Virus record (IMG/VR): IMGVR_UViG_3300018495_000088
Location: 32,001 to 96,000 of that record
Length of the DNA: 64,000 nt
Strand: one strand, 5' to 3'
DNA from: a virus
Lineage: Duplodnaviria; Caudoviricetes
The position numbers and the translations under genes were made by a program. This document shows, piece after piece, positions 56,701 to 64,000 of this stretch. The stretch's first letter is position 1. Every line of letters begins with the position of its first letter. Under the pieces are notes generated by a model. The model did not search any database and had not been told where the DNA came from. It saw only the letters and a list, made by a program, of their open reading frames with translations.

Positions 56701-59700
56701 ATCAAGATGGAATTTTAACAGCTGTACAATCACATGAAAAGGCGACTTTGGCAGCAAGCAAGGCGGCAAAGGCATTCAATACCGAAATGCAACAGAAACT
56801 TGCTCTGGAGCAGGTTAAAACCCTTGAATCGAGGATGGGTTCTCTTAAAGATACAACGGGTGAGTTTGCTCTGGCTTTACGTAACGCTCAAGTTGCCGCA
56901 AAGAAGATAGACGGCGAAGAGGGATTAAAAGAATTTAATTTAAGTTTGCGTGTTGCAGGTGAAAAGGCTAAACAGCTTAAGTCTGGACTCAAAGGACAAA
57001 ATACACTCGATACCATAGCCTCTATGGAACGTGCGTTATTGACATTACCAAGCAGATTAGATGAGGTTAAACGCCGTTTGAACGCCCTCGGTGATGTTGA
57101 TGGCGCAGATGCAATCGGTGATGTTTTACGTTCAGTTAACGAAGAATATCAACAGTTTTTAAGCAGTAATAATTCTGAAGACAAGGTTAAATTGTTCAGA
57201 TCTCTAACATCTTCTATGGTTTGGGCCAACGCAGAAATGCGTAATCTAAGTGGTAAAAGCGCTGAGATTAAGAGGCAGGAAACCGAGGTTGACAAAGAAG
57301 AACTTGCTAAACAAAAATTAGAAAGAGCTTCTTATATTGGCTGGTGGAAAGATGCTTTAAACGAACAGGCCGAAGAAGAAGATAAAGTTAGAGCTCGCCA
57401 AAAGCAAGAACAGTCTTATTCTGATTGGTGGAATAAAGCTTTATTTGACCAGGAGCAGGCAGAAAAGGCAAAGGACGAAAGAGTAATTGCCGCACGTAAA
57501 AAAAGAGAAGAAGAATATGAGAAGTGGTGGCTTAAGGCACTGCACGATAGAGAGCAGGCCGAGCAGAAAAAGGCTGACGCTCCTAATCTGAATTATGGCA
57601 AGACTACTGCAAGTTCTGCGGTGCGTAAGCGAGATAATATACAAGGCGAAATTGATGCGCTCGGTGTAATTAATCCTGAGATTTTAGCCAAAATAGATGC
57701 TTATAAGGCTAAAGTTAAAGAGGTTGTTGATTTAAGAGATAAATTTGCAGGCGACTCCAGTGTGGCAAAAGACCCAGAGTTAGTTAAGCAATTCCAAAAG
57801 GCGTCCGCCGAGGCGGAGCGTGCTCGCAGAGGTATTAAGGCTGTAATAGACGAAGAACAGAAGATGATTCAGATGTCTGAGGAGCAAGGATTTTTTCCTA
57901 AGGATTTAGCCCCCGATCAAATGTCTGATCTCCAGGACACAATGCTTAAGTTAGTTAAAACTACGTCCCAAGGAAGAGTTGAGATTAAGGGCTGGAACGA
58001 TGATAATACAAAATTGTATTATACCGTCACAGATTCCAAGGGCGCCGTTGAAGAAATGACTATGGCTCTTGGCCAAGGTACCAACAGATTATATCAATAT
58101 CGCACAGCTACCAAAGAAACAGGAACCTTATTTGAACAGGTTTTTAAGGGCATTAAGGTTAAAGCTAAAGAACTCCTTTCGTTTGTTATTGGTGGCGGAA
58201 GTGTTTATAAAGTTATTGAGTTATTCAGACAGGGCATTCAGTATGTAAGAGAGATTGACCTTGCGTTGACTGAGCTCAAGAAGGTAACAGATGAGACAGA
58301 AGAAAGTTATGATAGATTCTTAGAGACTGCGGCGAAGACTGGTGCTAGACTTGGCACTACGATTTCTGCGGTAACTGAGGCGACAGCGACATTTGCTAAA
58401 CTTGGATATACCATGGAGCAGGCTACTGAAATGGCTGAGTCTGCGATTGTATATAAGAATGTTGGTGACAACATCGCAAGCACTGAGGATGCTGCAGACA
58501 GTATTATCAGTACAATGAAGGGCTTTAGACTTGAAGCATCTGAGTCTATGGCTATCGTGGATAGATTCAATGAGGTAGGCAACCGCTTTGCGATCACTTC
58601 TCAGGGCATTGGCGAGGCATTGAGACTTTCTGCTAGTGCTTTGAGCGAGGGCGGAAACTCTCTTGACGAATCTATTGCGCTTATCGCAGCGGCCAACGAG
58701 GTAGTAAACGACCCTTCGAGTGTAGGTACTGCGCTTAAGACCTTAACTTTGAGGCTTAGAGGTTCTAAAACAGAACTCGAAGAAATGGGCGAAGATGTAA
58801 CCGATATGGCTACAACAACTTCCCAGCTCCAAGCGAAATTATTAGCTCTAACTGGTGGACAAGTTGACATCATGTTAGATGAAAATACATTTAAGAATTC
58901 TACTCAGATTCTTAGAGAGATGGCAGAAGCATGGGAGGATATGAATGATATCCAACGTGCATCGGCTCTCGAATTAATGGGTGGCAAACGTCAAGCCAAT
59001 GTTCTTTCCGCCCTCATCCAAAACTTCGACACGGTAGAAAAAGCAATCGAAACCTCCGCTAACAGCGCGGGTTCGGCACTAAAAGAGAACGAACGCTACC
59101 TTGATTCTATCCAAGGTAAGATTGACCAATTCAACAACGCTCTCCAGTCTATGTGGAGCGGTACGCTTGATAGTGGCCTGGTTAAATGGTTTGTAAATCT
59201 GGGTACTGAGCTTGTTAAGGTAGTGGATACACTTGGATTAATCCCAAGTATCTTATTATCTATTGGGTCATTTAAGATACTTCAATCGCTTTTTAAAGGT
59301 ACAGATATTATCGGTTTTATAAAGAGTATCGGTGCTTTGACAATGGGAACTAAGGTCTTTGAGGCAGAAACAAGAAAAGCTTCTTTTGCTCTTATAGGTG
59401 AAACAATTAACACCAAACTTGCGGGGTCTGCACTTGTTGAGTATGCAGTTAAGATGAAACTAGCTAAAGCTGCAGACATTTCTAAAATGACAACGACTCA
59501 GCTTCTAGGTCTAAGCTTCAAAGCCTTGGGTGTTGCGATATTAGATGCAACCAAAGCCGTTCTTGCATTCTTGTTTACAAACCCTGTTGGTTGGATAATT
59601 CTTGCAATTGGCGCTATTGCTGGTGGCGTTGCAATATTCAATCACTTCCATAAAACTACAGAAGAACTCACCGAGGAATTAGGTGAACTCAAAAACGAAC

Positions 59701-62700
59701 TTCGAGATATTCAAGGTGAGTTAGAGTCTCTTAACTCTGAACTAGAGACAACAGAGTCACGTATGGCAGAGCTTCTTGCAATGGATAGCTTGTCGTTTGC
59801 GGAAAAAGAAGAACTTGATAGATTGCGCAAACAAAATGATGAACTGCAAAGAAGCATAGATTTAAACGAGCAAAAACAAAAGAACGCCCAAAGAGCTGCC
59901 GAAAAGACTTTTGTCCAAGTAGCTGAATCTATAGTTGATAAAGATACTTACGACTATGGCGGCAAGCGTGGATTCTGGGATAAATTATTTGGCTCTCAAG
60001 CACAAGCTTACGGTCAGAGTATGAGCGCCGATGAATATATCGACGCGATGATGGTCGAATACGACAAGCATCTGGAATATCAAAAGGATCAAGAAGCCAA
60101 TGGTTATAACTGGTGGACTGCGAAAGACCCCAAGGCTAATCCCGAGAAATATGCAGGACAAATACAAGATTATATTGATCAGCTTACAGAGGCTGCGGAC
60201 GGCATTGATTATGATACCGCTGGTACGGCAACGAAAGAATGGTTAGATTATATTTATAATCTTGAAGATAAATGGGCGATTCACCAGGGCGGAGAGAACG
60301 CCAAAACAAATGCTATAACGCGCATCTTTAATAAAGATGAATTTGAGGGCGTTTCAGAAGAAATTGACAGTCTTGTAAAAAAATATAAGGCTACTGGGGA
60401 TGCAACAATATTAGATCAAATTGGCATTCAGGCAAGTAAAGCAAAAGAGGATCTTGATGCAGTCGGATTGTCTGTTGATAATGTAGTTGACTATTTTACA
60501 CTTGAAAGCAACGGGCCTAATTTAAGTACGATTGAGGGCATTACTGAAGTTTACCAAGATGGTATTAATATATTAGGAAAATATAAAAATGCTAGAGACG
60601 AGATTCTTGGTCAAGATGAGAATGGCGAAAACATTACGTGGAACAATCTCTTTACGACAGACGAAGATGGTAAAAAAGTTGCCGACAACTTAAAGATCGC
60701 GTCTATACTTGAAGGTTCCGATGAGGCTATTCGACAAGAATTCACCAAGATGGTTGAGGCTGTTGAGAATGGCGAAATGGAAGTAGATGCAGCTCTTGCC
60801 AAGTGGAATGTATCTGGTTTCGGTAAAGTTTTAGACAATCTTAACAACGAATTTGAGTCAGTCAATAACGAAATGTTCGCAAATATCGCGGACGACATTC
60901 ATGGCTTAATTGATACGGTAAGTGAACTCCAGTCGGCGCTTGAGGATGTAGCAGGTACCATAGATTTGTTGAGTGTCGCAGAAGAACAGATGGCTAATAG
61001 TGGCCAAATTTCTGTTAAAACAGCCCTCGACCTAATGGAAACTACCGATGACTACAGCAAGGTTGTAACTGTTCAAAACGGAGTGCTTAAATTAGCTACG
61101 GGTGCCCAAGAGTATTTAACTCAGTCAAAATTTAATTCAATTAAAACTCAATTAGAAGCCAGTGCTGCATTAGCGGAAAACACATATCAGACTGCATTAG
61201 CATCTAATACCGAATTGGATTATGCCGACAATGCAAATGTTGTAATGACAGCAGAAAGTATTAAAGCAGAGGCAATCGGCAGAGTTTCGGCTGTCGTAGT
61301 AGCCCTAGGTGCCGCTATGGATGAGATTATGGCTGGCAACTTCGGCTCGGCTTTTTCTTCATTCGGAAGTACATATAAATCTGCTACCGCTACTGTTGTT
61401 GCACAATCTAATGCGATGAAAACATCCATCGCTGAATTGCAGCGAGACGCTGAAAATAAAAGAGCATTGGCCGATGTATATTCTTTCGCCGATGATTATG
61501 AGAGTTTCAAAAATAATTATGACTTCGATAAAACTCCTGGCGATAAGTATGACGACGACAAAGATGCAGCACTAGATGCCTTCCAGAGAGCGATGGATTA
61601 CTGGGAGAATCGTATCGCCGCTAACCAAGCGAGGTATGACCAGCTTCAAAATGACATCGATTTACTGGAATCTAAGAATCAAAAAGCAAGTACTGAATAT
61701 TACAAAGAGCAGATTGGATTATTACAAGAATTTAACGACAAAGGCGTACTAGTAGGTGGTACGATGCACCTTCTTGCACAGAAGAGATCAGAGGCTTATA
61801 CTTATCTGAAATCTCTACAAGAAGGTAGCGAAGAATGGTGGGAAGTGGCCAATGTTATTAATGACATTGAGTCAGAAATAGACGAAGTCACTGCATCCGT
61901 CGTTGACCTACAGGATGCAATGGCGGAAACCGAATGGTATAAATATGAGGAATTCGGCAACCGTCTTGATGATATCACAAGCAAGCTTGAGACGATTCGA
62001 AATCTCATCGCACCCAATGGCGAAGAAGATTGGTTTGATGATGAGGGAAACTGGAACGAGGCTGGAGTTGCATATTTGGGATCATATATACAAGATCTTG
62101 CAGATTTTAACGAAGGTCTGGCGAGAGCAAAAGAAGAATATGCAAAATACACCGAAGAATATGCGGGGAATGAAGGCTATTATGCGAATCTCGGCATCCA
62201 CTCTGAGCAAGAATTATATGACAAGCGAGAAGAACTAATAGAGCAACAATACGACTACGCCGAGTCTATTAACGACACTGAGCAGTCTGTTATTGATATG
62301 TATGAAAGCAACATTGATGCTATAGAAGAATATACAGACAAACTTGTTGATAGTTACAATGATTACATTGACAGCGTGAAAGAGGCGCTTGATGCTGAAA
62401 GAGATTTGTACAATTTTAAGAAGAATGTTCAAAAGCAGACAAAAGATATTGCAGCCATTGAACGTCGTATAGCAAGCTTGTCGGGTTCAACTAACGCTTC
62501 AGATATTGCAGAGCGCAGACGACTTGAAGCAGACTTGTATGGAGCTAGAGAAGAGCTTGATGATACATATTACGAACACGCAAAAGAAACTCAGCAAGAA
62601 GCGCTTGATAATGAGGCGGAAGCATACGAAGAAACTATGAATAGATTCATAGAGGGGCTTCGTTTGGGTCTCGACCAAGCTACGGTTAATATGGATGAGT

Positions 62701-63926
62701 TCTTGATGAGCGTAACCTCTATGGTAACTTTAAATGCAAATACGGTACTTGCTAAGTATGAAGCGACAGAATTGCCTCTCGGCGACGCCATTACCAATCC
62801 TTGGAAAGCGGCAATAGAAAAAGTTGGCAAGTATGACGGTGATGCTCTTGCATTAATAAACAAATGGACCCAGGGGGGGTTCTTCGATGATTATAAGACG
62901 GGAGTAAGTAGTGATCTTTCATCTCCATGGAATGCGGGCTCTATTGCGGCAGATGCGTTCAAAACTAGTGTAGATACGGTTATGGACGACGTGGTTGCAA
63001 AGATTCAAACCAATGTTAAAACTGCATCTGATGAGCTGTCTGAGCTTTATAGTCAAATACTTGATACTGAGAAGAGGGCTCAAAACGTAGGTGCCGAAGG
63101 TGGTTCTAGCAACAACGGTAATAATACACACGGCAACTTTGAGAATGTAGTGGCGGACAAACCTCAAGTTGAAGCTCCAAAGGTTGAAGCTAAACCCTTA
63201 ACAGAAGCTCAAAAACTAGTACCTCAAATTACTAGATTTGGCACCGCAGAAGGAAGTGGTATGAACGCAGGAAGCAAGGGAGGAGATAATGGTGTTGTTG
63301 AATGGGATGGCGAGAGCTTCAAGGTTCAAAATTCAGGAATTACATATCGTCCAGGACAACCTTTGTATGATGCTGCTGTTAAACATTTAAAATTTGGTGA
63401 CAGACAAATTTTCGGATGGCGCGGAGGAGTATACGGATACCTTGACGGCGTGATTCAACGACTAGAGGGTAGAACCTTATCAAAAGCTGGATACAATAAT
63501 CTAGTTGCCTATGCGAAGAAGAAATACTCGAAATTCGCCAAAGGTACCACAGGCACCAAGCGTGACGAATGGGCAATCACCGATGAACCTCAGTTCGGAG
63601 ACGAGCTTGTTCTCGTTCCTGGCAAGGATGGAAATCTTTCCTTTATGCGTAAGGGTACAGGCGTTGTTCCCGCAGACCTCACAGCCAACCTTATGGAATG
63701 GGGTAAGTTTGATCCTAGTTCTATGAACCTTGGCAGTGGCGTAAATGTCAATATGATTAACAATGCAGTCAACAAGCCCGAATTCAATCTCAGTGTAGAT
63801 AACTTCTTGAGATGCGATAATGTATCTCAAGACAGCCTGCCTGAACTGAAACAATTTGTAAAAGAACAAATGAACTCTCTGGTTAAACAGATGAATTATA
63901 GTCTGAAGAAATCAGGAGCTAGATAA
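53769..63926 (+). CDS. Tape measure protein (3385 aa)
   Basis: TP901-type core (ELKKVTDE...NEVGNRFAITS..IGEAL...VGTALKT); transmembrane segment TNPVGWIILAIGAIAGGVAIF; coiled coils; C-terminal FAKGT...E.G.ELV motif. Confidence 0.93.
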   Translation: MAGKYEDAIGGVNINLSINEVLDEKSHKKVADKIDETKKNAEKPIKIKIDSGEMDELLNQEKEIVKTIKQLGRLKVDAKGISGLLNGGMSKADIQKTIDALNSLYEVQNKIRQVSGNTKRTGSDFLSGFSANDIKTDLLPKLQEQLSELNKLGLDNIEQLRERERLQGRLSKITKKDLERAKARVVDGGDADLEAKAIENIVIGRRKVVEEMKTSGLFSEQEIKDIERQNKGLAEQIALLRSIRVAKVKDGEKIVVQKDGDKTVSLEEGELPPARKPRAQKPKTETPPPIVTENSALQQLKRDAETASKAFGEAENKLHDIYEAERKLDEQIELAGLVDYSEKYKTAINAREQALSGLRGGISKKRDHVAKEIQVRGAVGKLKDSGALSDEALASIQRDVLEYNLAVRGKYEKTTKEQLDKMFAKIFDKIDKSTLKQTSEYRNLGWQQEEQDINGLLAKKRQLAVEHKAAAKAYNDAADASSEAHKKLHAAEDGDDSAVRAAEEKARLEAEAAAAEKARLEEEARLREETHRAEEARRAEEERFAREREEAERRALELAQQRAEEEARIAAEKEKQSPQSSAGTQQEIKSQEELQKKIEDTNRIIKIQKQWLEYLDPVLDDENFKTSGKREATEQLKSKTLNLLDVRRNPDQYAHLSDYEIKAELAQSQAYKEAERQGVALSTLTRYHTDAVFVHDQNIKKLQDERALHAKILEDAENELEVLQKQLQVETNAEKVRKHNFKRTVNEKPGRFRIKKQESQAYETESGQLSLFPDAKEDIETADNLAEANEKVAKSRKKVNDAVEGTQMTIDDIVPASAEDAAPKVEAEAKAIDKVGKTAEKAAGSKKKFAKANSEVAASTTPSIEGLKAEADAIEDVDEAVNSFKTRSGIGPMSGFGSESMDNFNLPKDYLGEKGQDAVQMFAKLKSEIEELTGKPVTIDFVSDVNDEGQLEAVGATLKYVNEEAGVTVKQFYDIQRNQDGILTAVQSHEKATLAASKAAKAFNTEMQQKLALEQVKTLESRMGSLKDTTGEFALALRNAQVAAKKIDGEEGLKEFNLSLRVAGEKAKQLKSGLKGQNTLDTIASMERALLTLPSRLDEVKRRLNALGDVDGADAIGDVLRSVNEEYQQFLSSNNSEDKVKLFRSLTSSMVWANAEMRNLSGKSAEIKRQETEVDKEELAKQKLERASYIGWWKDALNEQAEEEDKVRARQKQEQSYSDWWNKALFDQEQAEKAKDERVIAARKKREEEYEKWWLKALHDREQAEQKKADAPNLNYGKTTASSAVRKRDNIQGEIDALGVINPEILAKIDAYKAKVKEVVDLRDKFAGDSSVAKDPELVKQFQKASAEAERARRGIKAVIDEEQKMIQMSEEQGFFPKDLAPDQMSDLQDTMLKLVKTTSQGRVEIKGWNDDNTKLYYTVTDSKGAVEEMTMALGQGTNRLYQYRTATKETGTLFEQVFKGIKVKAKELLSFVIGGGSVYKVIELFRQGIQYVREIDLALTELKKVTDETEESYDRFLETAAKTGARLGTTISAVTEATATFAKLGYTMEQATEMAESAIVYKNVGDNIASTEDAADSIISTMKGFRLEASESMAIVDRFNEVGNRFAITSQGIGEALRLSASALSEGGNSLDESIALIAAANEVVNDPSSVGTALKTLTLRLRGSKTELEEMGEDVTDMATTTSQLQAKLLALTGGQVDIMLDENTFKNSTQILREMAEAWEDMNDIQRASALELMGGKRQANVLSALIQNFDTVEKAIETSANSAGSALKENERYLDSIQGKIDQFNNALQSMWSGTLDSGLVKWFVNLGTELVKVVDTLGLIPSILLSIGSFKILQSLFKGTDIIGFIKSIGALTMGTKVFEAETRKASFALIGETINTKLAGSALVEYAVKMKLAKAADISKMTTTQLLGLSFKALGVAILDATKAVLAFLFTNPVGWIILAIGAIAGGVAIFNHFHKTTEELTEELGELKNELRDIQGELESLNSELETTESRMAELLAMDSLSFAEKEELDRLRKQNDELQRSIDLNEQKQKNAQRAAEKTFVQVAESIVDKDTYDYGGKRGFWDKLFGSQAQAYGQSMSADEYIDAMMVEYDKHLEYQKDQEANGYNWWTAKDPKANPEKYAGQIQDYIDQLTEAADGIDYDTAGTATKEWLDYIYNLEDKWAIHQGGENAKTNAITRIFNKDEFEGVSEEIDSLVKKYKATGDATILDQIGIQASKAKEDLDAVGLSVDNVVDYFTLESNGPNLSTIEGITEVYQDGINILGKYKNARDEILGQDENGENITWNNLFTTDEDGKKVADNLKIASILEGSDEAIRQEFTKMVEAVENGEMEVDAALAKWNVSGFGKVLDNLNNEFESVNNEMFANIADDIHGLIDTVSELQSALEDVAGTIDLLSVAEEQMANSGQISVKTALDLMETTDDYSKVVTVQNGVLKLATGAQEYLTQSKFNSIKTQLEASAALAENTYQTALASNTELDYADNANVVMTAESIKAEAIGRVSAVVVALGAAMDEIMAGNFGSAFSSFGSTYKSATATVVAQSNAMKTSIAELQRDAENKRALADVYSFADDYESFKNNYDFDKTPGDKYDDDKDAALDAFQRAMDYWENRIAANQARYDQLQNDIDLLESKNQKASTEYYKEQIGLLQEFNDKGVLVGGTMHLLAQKRSEAYTYLKSLQEGSEEWWEVANVINDIESEIDEVTASVVDLQDAMAETEWYKYEEFGNRLDDITSKLETIRNLIAPNGEEDWFDDEGNWNEAGVAYLGSYIQDLADFNEGLARAKEEYAKYTEEYAGNEGYYANLGIHSEQELYDKREELIEQQYDYAESINDTEQSVIDMYESNIDAIEEYTDKLVDSYNDYIDSVKEALDAERDLYNFKKNVQKQTKDIAAIERRIASLSGSTNASDIAERRRLEADLYGAREELDDTYYEHAKETQQEALDNEAEAYEETMNRFIEGLRLGLDQATVNMDEFLMSVTSMVTLNANTVLAKYEATELPLGDAITNPWKAAIEKVGKYDGDALALINKWTQGGFFDDYKTGVSSDLSSPWNAGSIAADAFKTSVDTVMDDVVAKIQTNVKTASDELSELYSQILDTEKRAQNVGAEGGSSNNGNNTHGNFENVVADKPQVEAPKVEAKPLTEAQKLVPQITRFGTAEGSGMNAGSKGGDNGVVEWDGESFKVQNSGITYRPGQPLYDAAVKHLKFGDRQIFGWRGGVYGYLDGVIQRLEGRTLSKAGYNNLVAYAKKKYSKFAKGTTGTKRDEWAITDEPQFGDELVLVPGKDGNLSFMRKGTGVVPADLTANLMEWGKFDPSSMNLGSGVNVNMINNAVNKPEFNLSVDNFLRCDNVSQDSLPELKQFVKEQMNSLVKQMNYSLKKSGAR

Positions 63927-63931
63927 CCAAT

Positions 63932-63957
63932 AAGGTGGGGAGAAATCCCCACCTTTA
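63932..63957 (+). terminator. Stem-loop/terminator after the TMP gene
   Basis: AAGGTGGGGA-GAAA-TCCCCACCTT followed by TA. Confidence 0.7.
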
Positions 63958-63976
63958 ATAATAGGAGAATGTATAG

Positions 63977-64000
63977 ATGAATAAAAATATTGAAGTAGTT
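63977..64000 (+). CDS. Start of next gene (3'-truncated)
   Basis: SD AGGAG at 63963, then MNKNIEVV; open to the window end. Confidence 0.45.

Larger units (their letters stand above)
1..64000 (+). mobile_element. Late (morphogenesis) region of a large SPbeta-like siphophage/prophage; both ends run out of the window
   Basis: Co-directional order RNAP-YonK-HU-phosphoesterase-terminase-portal-scaffold-capsid-tail tube-fibres-TMP resembles the Bacillus SPbeta yonO...yomI block. No host housekeeping genes, att site or integrase seen. Confidence 0.95.

Noticed and set aside
1-64000. Stop-codon reassignment
   Set aside because: Genes are full length in the standard code, TAA/TGA/TAG all act as stops, and there is no suppressor tRNA.

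Overview
The whole window is a single + strand late region of a large SPbeta-like siphophage or prophage of a low-GC Firmicute (strong AAGGAGG ribosome-binding sites, standard genetic code). In order: the 3' part of a YonO-type single-subunit RNA polymerase; a Zn-ribbon companion gene; a YonK-like gene; 8 tRNAs; an HU-like gene; a metallophosphoesterase; terminase; portal; protease/scaffold; decoration protein; major capsid; head-tail genes; tail tube; an approximately 32 kb block of fibre/adhesin genes (19079-51288); an amidase endolysin; and a 3385-aa tape measure protein. The most unusual part is the fibre block. Three consecutive proteins end in W-x-x-hydrophobic C-terminal peptides, and each is followed by a protein starting with a related RG-containing Mtd_N-like domain. 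One of them (29020) has a capsid-like leader and codon usage. This suggests a chained, possibly self-polymerising multi-subunit fibre carrying lectin, Kelch, fibrinogen-like and BspA tips. Other notable points: a CotH-kinase-like domain inside a 2366-aa fibre protein, a CCC-U +1 frameshift in a fibre gene, internal start sites in the scaffold and endolysin genes, non-canonical tRNAs, a pseudoknot inside the tRNA array, and a QLSLF clamp-binding motif in the tape measure protein. All family assignments come from motif recognition by eye; no database searches were run.
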